A DNA stretch of 64,000 nucleotides from Patescibacteria group bacterium (GCA_041661745.1 JBAZTR010000001.1:79740-143739), one strand, 5' to 3'; counted from the first letter of the stretch, positions 49,710-60,850 are shown. Numbers and translations: made by a program. The notes: generated by a model from the sequence alone, not told the origin.

Positions 49710-50236
49710 TCCGTGTTTTTGTTTCAGCTCTTGTCTTTTTGCTTTTGGTTGCTTTGGAATTTTCTTTTTTTAACAGTTTGCCTTTACCTTTTTTTTCCGT
49801 TCCTTTAATTTTTGCCTGCGGTCTTTATTTTTTTCAGCATCTTGGTTCAAGCGTTGGTTTGTGGTGGTTGTTAGCCCTGGGGATTTATTTGGATTTTTAT
49901 CATTTAGGTTTGGTGTTTGGCGAAACGTTTATTTATGGCGTCACGGTTTTGTTTGTGATTCTCCTTGGCCGCCGACTTTTCACTAACCGCTCTTTTTACG
50001 GAGTAGTCGGCAATGCCGTGTTGTCTTTATGGTTTCTTCACTTGGTTCAATTCACTTGGTTTTTTATTGGAACCTTTAATCAGGATATTCCTTTTCCTTG
50101 GTGGTCGACGTTTATTTTTGTATTTTGGCAAACCGTTTTCTTATTTTTGTTAATAACAATTTTATTTTTTCTGGCTCGACGCGTCAGTCTCTTCTTCCAC
50201 CGCTTGCTTATCGTGCCGAATCGGGAAAACTTGTAA
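49706..50236 (+). CDS. mreD: rod shape-determining protein MreD (polytopic membrane)
   Basis: Five TM helices and position after mreC. Confidence 0.6.
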   Translation: MIRVFVSALVFLLLVALEFSFFNSLPLPFFSVPLIFACGLYFFQHLGSSVGLWWLLALGIYLDFYHLGLVFGETFIYGVTVLFVILLGRRLFTNRSFYGVVGNAVLSLWFLHLVQFTWFFIGTFNQDIPFPWWSTFIFVFWQTVFLFLLITILFFLARRVSLFFHRLLIVPNRENL

Positions 50237-50239
50237 CCT

Positions 50240-52183
50240 GTGTTTTTCTTTTGGCCAAAAAAAAATAAAAACAAAGCTCGTATCTTTGCCGATGGCGAGA
50301 CTAATTTTGGTTTCTTATCGCGCTATGATCGTTCGCTTGAGGAAGCGGCTTCGGCTGTGCCAGGCTCGGCTATTTCTTCCGGTCGTCTTTTAGGTTTATC
50401 AATTACCCCGTGGGCTTTTCGAATTGGTTTTTTCCTTTCAATCTTTTGTCTAATTCTTTTGGCCGGCCGCGCTTTTCAGTTGCAAATAATTAATGGTCAC
50501 GGATATCGGCAACAAGCCGAAGAAAATCGTTTTCAAATTCTTACCATGCCCGCCGAACGCGGGGTTATTTTCGATCGAACCGGTATTGTTTTAACCGAAA
50601 ACGCTCCGGCTTTTACTTTAACCATGATGATTTCCGAATTATCCGAGGATAAAACTCAGCGCGAAAAAGTTTTTAATAGAGTGGCCGAACTTACCGGCTT
50701 GCAGCCGGCTGACTTTGATCTGTTTTTACAAGAATACGCCGCTGTTCCGACCGAAGAAATAATTGTCGAAAAATCTTTGAGTTACGAACGAGCTTTGTTG
50801 TTTATGGTTGAAGAAGAAAATCTCCCGGGTTTTTCTGTCCGTTTGGCCACCAAACGACAATATGAATCCTCGGCTGTTTCTTTATCTCACGTCCTTGGTT
50901 ATACGGGAAAAATAAATGTCGAGGAATTTGCCGAACTGGAAAATTCCGGTTATCGGCGAACCGATGAAATCGGCAAAACCGGCATTGAAGCCAGCTGGGA
51001 AACGGCCCTGCGTGGTCAGCCCGGCCGACGTTTGGTTGAGGTTGATGCTTCGGGTAACGAAACGGCGATTTTTTCCGAAGAAGCGGCTGTCAAAGGTTCG
51101 GCTGTCACGCTTTCAATTGACCTGGAATTGCAAAAAGTTGTTGAGCAATATTTATCCGAAGCCGCAAAAAAAATTAATCGCTCGCGAGCCAGTGCTGTGG
51201 TAATGAACCCAAACAACGGCGAAGTTCTGGCTTTGGTAAGTCTGCCTTCTTACGACAGCAATCTTTTTTCCGGCGGTATTGATAAGGAAAGTTACGTTGC
51301 TTTGTCCGAGAACCCCAATCAGCCTTTATTTCCGCGAGCCACGGCCGGGGAATTTCCTTCAGGTTCAATTTTTAAACCTTATGTGGCCGCCGCGGCTTTG
51401 ACCGAAGGAATTATTACCCCAACCACTTCTTTTCTTTCAACCGGCGGATTAACCATTGGCCAATGGTTTTTTCCCGACTGGAAAGCCGGCGGTCACGGTA
51501 TTACCAACGTTCGCAAAGCCTTGGCTGAATCGGTTAACACCTTCTTTTATACGATCGGTGGCGGTTATGACTCTTTTACCGGTTTGGGGGTGGAAAAAAT
51601 TACCGACTACGCCAGAATTTTCGGCTTTGGCCAAAAAACGGGAATTGATTTAACCGGCGAAGCCGATGGTTTTCTTCCTTCAAAAATTTGGAAAGAAACT
51701 ACCAAGGGCGAACGTTGGTATGTTGGTGACACTTATCATTTAGCAATTGGCCAGGGCGATCTTCTGGTTACACCAATCCAAATGGCCGCCGCCCTTTCTG
51801 TTCTTGCCAATGGTGGTACCAAGTACACGCCGCATCTGGTGATGGAAGTTGATGACCAGCCGGTTTATCTCCCAAACGAAACTCTTTCAATTCCTTTAAA
51901 AGAGGCGATTGAGGTGGTTCGTGAAGGTATGCGACAAGCCGTTACCAGCGGTAGTGCCATTAGACTTAATTCGCTACCAATAACTTCGGCCGGTAAAACC
52001 GGTACGGCCCAAATTGGCGGGACCGAGGAAACCCACGCCTGGTTTACCGGTTTTGCCCCTTATGACAATCCCGAGATAGCTGTGGTAATATTGATTGAAG
52101 AGGGCGGGGAAGGTTCGTCCACAGCCGTGCCAGTCGCGGAAAACATTTTTCGGTGGTGGTATAACAACCGCTCAATAAAATAA
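50240..52183 (+). CDS. mrdA: penicillin-binding protein 2 (peptidoglycan D,D-transpeptidase)
   Basis: SIFKP (SxxK), SVN (SxN) and KTGTA motifs, plus the PBP dimerisation domain. Confidence 0.85.
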   Translation: MFFFWPKKNKNKARIFADGETNFGFLSRYDRSLEEAASAVPGSAISSGRLLGLSITPWAFRIGFFLSIFCLILLAGRAFQLQIINGHGYRQQAEENRFQILTMPAERGVIFDRTGIVLTENAPAFTLTMMISELSEDKTQREKVFNRVAELTGLQPADFDLFLQEYAAVPTEEIIVEKSLSYERALLFMVEEENLPGFSVRLATKRQYESSAVSLSHVLGYTGKINVEEFAELENSGYRRTDEIGKTGIEASWETALRGQPGRRLVEVDASGNETAIFSEEAAVKGSAVTLSIDLELQKVVEQYLSEAAKKINRSRASAVVMNPNNGEVLALVSLPSYDSNLFSGGIDKESYVALSENPNQPLFPRATAGEFPSGSIFKPYVAAAALTEGIITPTTSFLSTGGLTIGQWFFPDWKAGGHGITNVRKALAESVNTFFYTIGGGYDSFTGLGVEKITDYARIFGFGQKTGIDLTGEADGFLPSKIWKETTKGERWYVGDTYHLAIGQGDLLVTPIQMAAALSVLANGGTKYTPHLVMEVDDQPVYLPNETLSIPLKEAIEVVREGMRQAVTSGSAIRLNSLPITSAGKTGTAQIGGTEETHAWFTGFAPYDNPEIAVVILIEEGGEGSSTAVPVAENIFRWWYNNRSIK

Positions 52184-52190
52184 AAAAACT

Positions 52191-52721
52191 ATGTCAGGAA
52201 TCGGCGATTTTTTTCGAAGACTCTCCAGTCAATTACCCGAAGTTCAAGAACAAGAGGTTGGTTTGAACGATCTGCCAACAAGGGAAACTCCTTTGGCACG
52301 CCCGGAAAAAGTTACAAAAAAAGATAAAGAAGAACGTTCAAGGCTTCTTACAGAATATTTTTCAAGATTTCCTGGGGTAACTTCACGGTTGGAGAAAATG
52401 CATACAGCCGGGCTTAGCAACCGTGAAATTTCCGAAAAATTGGTTGATGATTTTGCTCGTGTTCAAGAGCAGTATTTTCAACTGGTTTCGATTTTACCAA
52501 AAAATTCACGCCGGCTTCTGCCGCCTTTTCTAAAAAAAGATTGGGAAACCTTAGATTTCCAAAAATTTTTAGATAATAATCCCTTTGCCGATGAAGATTC
52601 CGCCACAAGGTTTTTTACCAGAGCAGATAATCTTTCCACTCTAGCTTTCAAAATTGATGCGGTTATAAATGACTTATCTATTGAAGAAGCCACAACCAAG
52701 GCTAAAAAAGCCGCCGCTTGA
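52191..52721 (+). CDS. hypothetical protein
   Basis: 176-aa ORF. Confidence 0.4.
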   Translation: MSGIGDFFRRLSSQLPEVQEQEVGLNDLPTRETPLARPEKVTKKDKEERSRLLTEYFSRFPGVTSRLEKMHTAGLSNREISEKLVDDFARVQEQYFQLVSILPKNSRRLLPPFLKKDWETLDFQKFLDNNPFADEDSATRFFTRADNLSTLAFKIDAVINDLSIEEATTKAKKAAA

Positions 52722-52852
52722 TTGTTTTTATCCACATCCATCCAACATTGACTTTAGCTCCTTTTGCCGATACGATTAATTTACCTGAAAAGTACGCTCG
52801 TGGCTTATAGTCACGGGTGTATCTTTTAAGGGCATTTTTTGTTAAAATCACT

Positions 52853-53308
52853 ATGTCCACATTTGTTTCCAGTCAAGGTCTTGAAGATTTAAAAAAAGAA
52901 TTTGCCGAGCGTAAAAGCATTACGCGGCCGGAGATTGCTCAAAAAATTTCCTCAGCCAAAGAACTTGGCGATCTTTCCGAAAATTTTGAGTATCACGAGG
53001 CCAAGGAACAACAAGGTCAAAACGAGTCACGGATTATGGAACTGGAACAAATGATTCGTGAAGCGGTTTTGGTTCAACAAAAAACCGGTGGCGTTACTTT
53101 GTCACTTGGTTGTACTTTCACGGCCGAAAAAGACGGCACCAAAAAAGTTTTCCAATTGGTTGGCTCAAGCGAGGCTAATCCGCTTGAAGGTAAAATCAGC
53201 AACGAATCGCCTATGGGCCAAGCTTTTTTAGGTCACATAATTGGTGATGTTGTGGAAATTACCACCCCGGCCGGCATTGTTAAATATAAAATTATTGAAA
53301 TAAAGTAG
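52853..53308 (+). CDS. greA: transcription elongation factor GreA
   Basis: GDLSENFEYHEAKEQQ motif. Start placed at MSTF. The ORF track starts at 52817. Confidence 0.85.
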   Translation: MSTFVSSQGLEDLKKEFAERKSITRPEIAQKISSAKELGDLSENFEYHEAKEQQGQNESRIMELEQMIREAVLVQQKTGGVTLSLGCTFTAEKDGTKKVFQLVGSSEANPLEGKISNESPMGQAFLGHIIGDVVEITTPAGIVKYKIIEIK

Positions 53309-53414
53309 TGTTACGAAACTACAAAAAAACACGAAACAACGAAATTGTGTTGGCTACGGAAATTCGTCTTTCGTAGTTTAGTGGTTTTTCGCAGTTTCGT
53401 AACCCATAAAAAAT

Positions 53415-54881
53415 ATGACTGAAGAAGAAGTCGTCCGTCGCGAACGGCTGCAAAAAATTCGTGAGGCCGGTAACGATCCGTATCCGGCGCGGGTCAAGCG
53501 CACACGCAAGGTCGCTGAATTTTTAAATCTGTTTGAGGAAATCGAAAAAAACGGCGAAGTTGTGACTTTGGTCGGTCGGGTTTTGGCCATTCGTGTGCAC
53601 GGCGGATTATCTTTTATACATATTGAGGACGGCAGTGAAAAAATGCAGTTGGTTTTTAAAAAAGATCATTTAGGCGAAGAGCATTACCAGGCTTTTAAAG
53701 ACACGCTAGACATGGGTGATTTTGTCGAAGTTACTGGCCGCACTTTTACCACGCAAAAAGGTGAAAAATCTTTAGCTGCCGATAGTTATCGGGTCATTGC
53801 CAAATCACTTTTGCCAATGCCGGAAAAGTGGCACGGCTTGGTGGACCAAGAAATTCGTTATCGCCAACGCTATCTTGATTTGATGTCAAACGAAGAGGTG
53901 CGTCATATTTTCCGAATTCGCTCGGCTGTTCTTTCGGCTATGCGTAAATTTTTAGACGAACACGGTTACATGGAAGTGGAAACGCCTATTTTACAATCTA
54001 TTCCCGGTGGCGCGGCCGCCAGGCCTTTTACCACCCACCACAACGCGCTTAATGCTGATTTGTATTTACGCATTGCTCCAGAGCTTTATCTGAAACGTTT
54101 GTTGGTCGGTGGTTTCGAGCGGGTGTACGAAGTCTCCCGATGTTTCAGAAACGAAGGTATCGATCACTCGCACAATCCAGAATTTACACAAATCGAAGGT
54201 TATGCCGCGTACATGGATTATCAGGAGCAAATGACTCTAATGGAAGAATTAATGCTTGTAGCCATTAAAGCGGCCGGTCGCGAGGTAAACGCCGTGCCAT
54301 TTAAAGGACAGGTTTTGGATTTTTCCGCGCCCTGGACTCGTTTAACTTTCCGTGATGCCGTTTTAAAATTTACCTCAATTGATATTGAAGACTATCCCGA
54401 CAAAGAATCTTTAACTAAAATAATGGAAGAAAAAAATCTTGAAGTTGATCCCGGGGCTTCGTACGGCACACTCCTCGACAATCTTTACAAACAAACGGTT
54501 CGCCCGGCCATTGTTCAACCGACTTATGTTTACGATTATCCGGCGGCCATTTCGCCACTGGTAAAACGTAAGGAAGGCGACCCGCGTTACATTGAAATGT
54601 TCCAGCTGGTTTACGGGGGCGGGGAAGAAAACATTAAAGCCTTTTCCGAACTTAACGATCCAATTGATCAAGAAGCGCGTTTTGACGAACAAACCGCAGC
54701 GCGGGCCACGGGTGATGAGGAAGCACAATTTTCCGACCCTGATTACGTCGTGGCCATGAAGCACGGCATGCCGCCCAATGGTGGTTTTGGGATTGGCATC
54801 GACCGTTTAATCGCCATGTTGACCGATGCCCCTAATTTAAAAGAAGTTATTTTATTTCCAACCCTGCGACCGGAAGAATAA
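53415..54881 (+). CDS. lysS: lysyl-tRNA synthetase, class II
   Basis: OB-fold N-terminal domain and class II motifs 1-3 (FRNEG, GGFGIGIDRL). Confidence 0.9.
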   Translation: MTEEEVVRRERLQKIREAGNDPYPARVKRTRKVAEFLNLFEEIEKNGEVVTLVGRVLAIRVHGGLSFIHIEDGSEKMQLVFKKDHLGEEHYQAFKDTLDMGDFVEVTGRTFTTQKGEKSLAADSYRVIAKSLLPMPEKWHGLVDQEIRYRQRYLDLMSNEEVRHIFRIRSAVLSAMRKFLDEHGYMEVETPILQSIPGGAAARPFTTHHNALNADLYLRIAPELYLKRLLVGGFERVYEVSRCFRNEGIDHSHNPEFTQIEGYAAYMDYQEQMTLMEELMLVAIKAAGREVNAVPFKGQVLDFSAPWTRLTFRDAVLKFTSIDIEDYPDKESLTKIMEEKNLEVDPGASYGTLLDNLYKQTVRPAIVQPTYVYDYPAAISPLVKRKEGDPRYIEMFQLVYGGGEENIKAFSELNDPIDQEARFDEQTAARATGDEEAQFSDPDYVVAMKHGMPPNGGFGIGIDRLIAMLTDAPNLKEVILFPTLRPEE

Positions 54882-54930
54882 TAGAAGAATAAAAAAATCC
54901 GTGAAAGACCTCACGGATTTTTTGTCTGGT

Positions 54931-57300
54931 TTAATACCCGGAATTTTCGATTATTTTTTCCAATAAATCTCTTGGAGAAATTGACGGATCTTCGGCCAAA
55001 CCTTGTTGGTATAAAACCGTTGATGGCGTTAGGGCAGGGAGGCTGTTAATTTCAATCAGTCGCAGATTACCGGTTCGTGTGTTCATAAAAGCGTCAATTC
55101 TTGCGTAATCTTTAAGGCCAATTTCAGCGGCCAGCTCTTCCATTGCGGTTTTAACCTTTTTTATCAACGCCGGTTTCATCAAACTAGCCGGCGGCGGCGT
55201 AATATTAACTCCTGTCCCGCCTTGGAATTTTTCTTCGACCGAAAGAACTTCGCCGTCGGCAATAGTTACACTGGGATTAAAAGCGTGAAATTTTCCGTTT
55301 TTTTCAATTACACCAACCGTTGTTTCTAACCAACCGGTCTTTTTGTAATGTTTTAGACGATTATTTTTTACTTTAAGAATATCGGTCTCGATAAAAGTTT
55401 CAAAAAGTAGATCTTCCGGCGTAACCGTCGGCATTTCAATAATCCCTGTTTGGTTTCTAAAAGTATTTTTAGGAATAGAAGCAGAACAATTCGCGAGAGC
55501 TTGTCGATATTTATCTAAATCATCACAAGAAAAAAGATGAACCACCCCGGTGGAGCAACCATCGGCTCGCGGTTTAACCACTAAAGTTTTGGCTTTCAGA
55601 TCCTTTTTAAGCTGATGCCAGAAATTTTTTAATTCACCATTTTTGAGCAAGAGAAGATCAGAAGTTTTTATAAGTTTTTTAGGAATAGCCGAAATATTTT
55701 TTATGGGATTTTTATTAAGTTTTTCCGCGGTTTCCCATTTATCCATACATAATCTGGAAACAATCTCATTTGAACCGTTAAACTTAACGCCTTTCTCTGC
55801 CATAATTTTCTGCAAGCGACCGTCTTCACCGAAGGCGCCGTGTAAAGCATTAAAGACGAATTCCGATCCTTTAATAAAATTTTCTAAAGACATCTTTTGT
55901 GGCTCGCCAAAGCCTTCGTTTTCATTCATTTCAGATAAACCCAAACGCATTCGTGACCGTTCTTCAAAAGCTTTCAAACGACGTTTGGCCGCCTCATATT
56001 TTTCACAGTTTTCCGCGATTTCCTCGACCGTGTGGTTTAGGGCCAGTTGATAAGGTAGCCGCCAAACATTTCCTTTAGTGTCCCAAAGAAACGGTTGTGG
56101 CCGATATTTGTTCGAACCCCTTAGCTTCAACCAAACATTGGTGCCACTCATAAGCGAAACTTGTCGTTCCGAGGTTTGACCACCGAAAAGAACATTAATT
56201 TCTTTTTTGTTTGTTTTATTCTTATGACCGTCACTTTCGGGGAATTTGATATTTTGTCGCCGACAGGCACTGGAAAGAACATGCTGTAAAAATCCGGCGT
56301 GGGTTAGGCCAACCCGGGAAGATTGTTGAAAAACAAAACTGTTTTGTTCCATGCCACTGATTGGGTTAAAATCACAAAACCAAATTCGACCATCTGGTAA
56401 AACCCAACCGTCGAATCGACCAAAATCATGCATGCCGAAAAGAGCGAAAATCTGTTCAGCTTGGGCTTGAATTTTATCAATAGTTTTGTCATCAAATCTT
56501 GGCGGGCAATGATAAACGACTTGGCGAGTCGGTAAATATTTTTTTCTGAAATCAAAAATTTGATGTTTGGTGTAGTCGGTTTCAATTTCCGTCGGCGGCA
56601 AGGCCACGGGCAAGCCAAAACGATTTTCCAAAATAATTACGGTAAATTCCGTTCCCTGAGCAAATGGCTCAATGACCACCCGAGTGTCCATTCGTTTGGA
56701 AAAAAGATAAGTCGCTTTCTCTAAAGCTTCGGTTGGGGTGGAAACGGAGAAGACGCCGATGCTTGATCCACTCGTCGCTGGTTTAACTATTGCTCTAGTG
56801 ATGGCATGATCATGGAAAAAATTATCAATTATCTTTTTGTGATCATTGTGAAAGATTTTTAAAACCGTCGAAGGTAGAGTAAAAAAACCGTGTTGACCAA
56901 TGAATTGGTTGGAGGTGAATTTGTCAAAAGCCAGTTTACAGGCCGTGGAACCAGATCCGATGAAAGGTATTTTGTTTTTTTCCAAAAAAGCTTGCAATGT
57001 ACCGTCTTCGCCAAATTGCCCGTGAATAACCGGAAACACCATGTCCGCCTCTCGAAGAAATTTAATTAAACCATCGTCGGTCATCGGTTTAGTTGTTTGC
57101 TGAAGTTTAAAATCGAAATCCGAGGGGGTATTACAATAAAGTTGGGCTTGAGAGATTTTATAGGCTTGCCGCGCGGTATTAAAGTAAATCGGAACAACCT
57201 CTATTTCCTTGCCGGACAGATGGTCAAGGACAGATCTGGCGGAATTTAGGGAAATACCTCGCTCCAAGGACGGCCCGCCGCAGAGGACAACCACTTTCAT
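54931..57300 (-). CDS. tandemly duplicated D-alanine--D-alanine ligase-family (ATP-grasp) protein
   Basis: Two Ddl-like N-domains (VVVLCGGPSLERGISLNSA and INVLFGGQTSERQVSLMSG), each followed by ATP-grasp regions. 789 aa. Confidence 0.7.
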   Translation of the reverse strand: MKVVVLCGGPSLERGISLNSARSVLDHLSGKEIEVVPIYFNTARQAYKISQAQLYCNTPSDFDFKLQQTTKPMTDDGLIKFLREADMVFPVIHGQFGEDGTLQAFLEKNKIPFIGSGSTACKLAFDKFTSNQFIGQHGFFTLPSTVLKIFHNDHKKIIDNFFHDHAITRAIVKPATSGSSIGVFSVSTPTEALEKATYLFSKRMDTRVVIEPFAQGTEFTVIILENRFGLPVALPPTEIETDYTKHQIFDFRKKYLPTRQVVYHCPPRFDDKTIDKIQAQAEQIFALFGMHDFGRFDGWVLPDGRIWFCDFNPISGMEQNSFVFQQSSRVGLTHAGFLQHVLSSACRRQNIKFPESDGHKNKTNKKEINVLFGGQTSERQVSLMSGTNVWLKLRGSNKYRPQPFLWDTKGNVWRLPYQLALNHTVEEIAENCEKYEAAKRRLKAFEERSRMRLGLSEMNENEGFGEPQKMSLENFIKGSEFVFNALHGAFGEDGRLQKIMAEKGVKFNGSNEIVSRLCMDKWETAEKLNKNPIKNISAIPKKLIKTSDLLLLKNGELKNFWHQLKKDLKAKTLVVKPRADGCSTGVVHLFSCDDLDKYRQALANCSASIPKNTFRNQTGIIEMPTVTPEDLLFETFIETDILKVKNNRLKHYKKTGWLETTVGVIEKNGKFHAFNPSVTIADGEVLSVEEKFQGGTGVNITPPPASLMKPALIKKVKTAMEELAAEIGLKDYARIDAFMNTRTGNLRLIEINSLPALTPSTVLYQQGLAEDPSISPRDLLEKIIENSGY

Positions 57301-57427
57301 ATTGATAAAAACAATTAAGTTAATTTATGCTTACTTTAGACGATTTTTGTCTTAGAAGTCAAATCAACTGTGGATATCAAGTAAAAGTTGCGAATTTTTA
57401 AGTTAAAAAATTTCACCACCTTTCCTA

Positions 57428-58375
57428 TTGGCAAAATCCAAAAAAATCGTTAAAATAGGCAGGCGTATGTGGTTCAAGCGCCAAAAAGGACGCCGCAATT
57501 TTTTCCGCAAAGTTCAAACCGAGCCGTATCAGGCGCGTCGTTTTAAAAATCCATACTTTCAACAAGTCTCTAAAAAATCAAAATGGCCTTTTGCCATTGC
57601 CGGGATTGTTTTAGGCTTGACCATCGCCTTATTCAGTTTCTTCTTTACCGCGCCAATTTTTACCATCACCTCTGTTCGCGTTGAAGGGGCCGAAACCATC
57701 AATCCAAAAGAAATTCGCACGATTGTCGAAGACCATCTTAATTCTTCGGCATTTTTAATTTTCAAAAAGAACAATCGTTTTTTGTCAGACAAGGATGAAA
57801 TAAAAGAAAAACTGGAAAAAGATTATTCCTTTTCCTCACTCGAAATAAAGAGGGAAGGGCATACCCTGGCAGTAATCTTAAAAGAAAAAGTTTCTTCATT
57901 CCTTTGGCAGTCTGGCGGTGTTTCGTATCTTTTAGATAATACCGGCGCGGTTATTCGAACCACTTTACCCGAAGAAACCACAAGTATCATGAACCCGCCA
58001 TTGCTTTATGGTGCAACCAAAGACGGAAGTTTAATGCCAGAGCTCATAAAGATCCTAGTGTTTAAGGACCTGGCTGATAAACCAGTGGAAATTGGCCAAG
58101 TTGCCCTAACCGAAAATGAAGTAAAAAATATTCGTTCGTTTTTTGATGCCATGCTGGCCTCAGGTATTTCCATTGAAGCTTTTGAACTTAATCGTGATGT
58201 TGGGACCTGGTTTAAGGCAGTTACTCGCAATGGCTACGATATTTTATTGGATCCGGATGGTGATATTTTAAAACAAGCTGATAGCGTGCTTATAATTCTC
58301 CGTGAACAAATAAAGGATCCATCAGTCCTGGAATACATTGATGTTCGCTTCGGAGATCATGTATACTATAAATAA
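57428..58375 (+). CDS. cell division protein FtsQ/DivIB-like (POTRA domain)
   Basis: Basic N-terminus, a single TM helix, then a POTRA-like beta-rich domain. Confidence 0.5.
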   Translation: MAKSKKIVKIGRRMWFKRQKGRRNFFRKVQTEPYQARRFKNPYFQQVSKKSKWPFAIAGIVLGLTIALFSFFFTAPIFTITSVRVEGAETINPKEIRTIVEDHLNSSAFLIFKKNNRFLSDKDEIKEKLEKDYSFSSLEIKREGHTLAVILKEKVSSFLWQSGGVSYLLDNTGAVIRTTLPEETTSIMNPPLLYGATKDGSLMPELIKILVFKDLADKPVEIGQVALTENEVKNIRSFFDAMLASGISIEAFELNRDVGTWFKAVTRNGYDILLDPDGDILKQADSVLIILREQIKDPSVLEYIDVRFGDHVYYK

Positions 58376-58397
58376 CAATTTTTAAAAGTGGAGGAAT

Positions 58398-59624
58398 ATG
58401 AATCTTTTTCATTACTATCTTTCCAACATGTTCGTTGGTCTTTCCAAAGAACAAATCAGCTCTTTATCTGGCAAAATCTTAAGAGCCGATGATCAGTTGG
58501 AAAAAATCAAACAGTCTGGCAAACAAGGTTTTTTCGATTTACCTTTCGACAAGGTTGGTTTGAAGATTATCGAACAAAAAGCTAAGGCCGTACAAAAAAA
58601 ATTCAAGCGGCTTATCGTTATTGGTATTGGCGGTTCGGACCTCGGAGCCCGAGCTATTTGGCAAGCTGTGCCTGGCGACAAAATGGAACTGATTTTTTTA
58701 AGCAATCCTGATCCTGACACCGTTGCCGCTGTTCTAAGTTTGCCGGCCAAGGAATGGAAAAAAACCGCCATCAACGTGGTTTCTAAATCAGGCTCAACAC
58801 TTGAAACCATGATTAACTTCATGACTGTCCGTGAGCGTTTAATTCGCTCGGTTGGCTTAAAAAACCACGCGGCGCATATTTTTGTTACCACTGACAAAGG
58901 TAGTCAACTTGAAAGCTGGGCTAAAAAACAAGGTTACGATATTTTAGAACATCCAAAAAATGTCGGCGGACGTTTTTCAGTTCTTTCAGTGGTTGGTTTG
59001 TTTCCAGTGGCTTGCGGCGGTGTGCCGGTCGCCAAACTTTTGGCCGGCGCGCGAACAATCGAAATATTGGAACCAGCCAAATTCGCCGGTCTGCAATTCC
59101 TTCATTATCAAGTTGGAAAGACAATCAACGTCCTAATGCCTTATTCAGATCGTTTAGCTTGCTTTGCTGATTGGTATCGCCAACTGTGGGCCGAGTCACT
59201 CGGGAAAAATCAATTGGGGCCAACACCAGTGGCCGCCTTGGGGGCGATTGATCAACACTCGCAAATTCAGCTGTACAACGAAGGGCCAAATAACAAGACA
59301 ATAACTTTCATAAAAGTTGAAAAGTTTGGAGCTCGTCTTAAAGTTCCCAAAGGCATGCCCGGGCTTGAATACGCCGCCGGAAAAAACTTTTCGGACATAA
59401 TGCACGCCGGGCTTGAAGGAACAATTGGTGCCCTAACTAAAAATAAACGGCCCAGTGCCACTCTTTCCATTCACTCCGTTTCTCCTGAGGCCCTGGGTGC
59501 CTTATTTCAATTCTTCATGATTGCCACGGCCTATGCCGGGGAATTCTACGGCATCAATGCCTACAACCAACCGGGAGTGGAGGAAGGGAAGCGTTTGGCC
59601 AGGCTTCGCCTAGAAAAGAGCTAG
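58398..59624 (+). CDS. pgi: glucose-6-phosphate isomerase
   Basis: GIGGSDLGARA and SKSGSTLET SIS-domain motifs. Confidence 0.8.
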   Translation: MNLFHYYLSNMFVGLSKEQISSLSGKILRADDQLEKIKQSGKQGFFDLPFDKVGLKIIEQKAKAVQKKFKRLIVIGIGGSDLGARAIWQAVPGDKMELIFLSNPDPDTVAAVLSLPAKEWKKTAINVVSKSGSTLETMINFMTVRERLIRSVGLKNHAAHIFVTTDKGSQLESWAKKQGYDILEHPKNVGGRFSVLSVVGLFPVACGGVPVAKLLAGARTIEILEPAKFAGLQFLHYQVGKTINVLMPYSDRLACFADWYRQLWAESLGKNQLGPTPVAALGAIDQHSQIQLYNEGPNNKTITFIKVEKFGARLKVPKGMPGLEYAAGKNFSDIMHAGLEGTIGALTKNKRPSATLSIHSVSPEALGALFQFFMIATAYAGEFYGINAYNQPGVEEGKRLARLRLEKS

Positions 59625-60400
59625 ACACCATTATATGCTATGAAAAAAATTAAGCTGCCAATAAGCGGCACAATTAAACCCACACCTGGTCAACCCGTAT
59701 GCATAGGGGCAGCCAAGAAAAACCTCGAGGCTGCTCGCAAAAAAGGAGAAAAGCTGCTACATGAACTGACGGAATAAATTTTGACAAACACATCGCCTCC
59801 CTTTTTTAATAGCTATACATTTTACGACACAATGCTTTTTCTGTTCAAAGAAAGTGGGGCAGGCAACTTATTATTAATTGTCTGTCTTTTTTATTTTTTA
59901 GGACCACAGGGAAGCCGCTAGCAACAAAATCCGTCTAAGGATTAAAACTCGGATAAAACTTAAAAAACTTTTCCAAGACACTTAAAGATACCTTTGGAGG
60001 GTCGCGGGAAGCGTTTTGAGGGGGTCTAGCTACCTTATAAGAACCTTTAAGAAGGCCTCCAGAACCAGGGCTGAAAATGGATTATAAATTAAAGGTGTAC
60101 TGATACCTCTAATTTCGTATAACGCATTATAGAGGCTTGGGTTTATGGCCTGAAAGGCTAGAAATGCCGGATATGCTGGAAAGGCTTTTATATTTTAAAG
60201 TAGCCAAAGCATTTCAGGCCTCTCCGGCCTCTCAAGCCCAAATAAACAATCAAGCGTCGTATAAGATATATTGTGCGACACATAATATTTCCTTTAGTCT
60301 TTGGGTCAGGGACTGCCCTACTTCATTAACTAGATCCTTGATTTTTTTGTTTGATAGTGATTAACTTTCTCTGCCCCAGCAACAACCGGGAGACCTCAAA

Positions 60401-60745
60401 ATGCTCATCAGCGAAATCTTCTTTCTGATCATGTTCAACGTCAGCTTCGCGGCCGCGGGGTTCTGCCTTGCTCTCCTCGTCATCTGGTTCATCGAGTCGC
60501 TCTGCACCGGCCTTAAGGCCTATAACGTGGTAAGAATAAGGCCGTGGAGCCCCGTCACGGTGAGCCTGGCCGCGTCGTTGTTCGTCGGCTTTCTCTTCAC
60601 CCCGCTCGAGCTGCCCGACAAGCAGCCGCCGGTCCTCATCCTCATGGGCTTCGGCGCATGTCTGGCTCTCTGCCAGAACTTCGGCAACTTCCTCGACGCC
60701 TTGCACGAGGAACAGCGGCGACATCGCTCGCCACCTGATCCGTAG
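60401..60745 (+). CDS. small membrane protein in a second high-GC islet
   Basis: About 60% GC against a 44% background. Three TM helices. Confidence 0.4.
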   Translation: MLISEIFFLIMFNVSFAAAGFCLALLVIWFIESLCTGLKAYNVVRIRPWSPVTVSLAASLFVGFLFTPLELPDKQPPVLILMGFGACLALCQNFGNFLDALHEEQRRHRSPPDP

Positions 60746-60850
60746 TGCGGGTCATCTTACCCTTCCTTCCCCACCCCTCAACCGGGTGGTTTTTATTTTG
60801 TGTCGTAAAATTAAAACCACCCGGGAGGATGGCTTTAATTTTTATTTATT

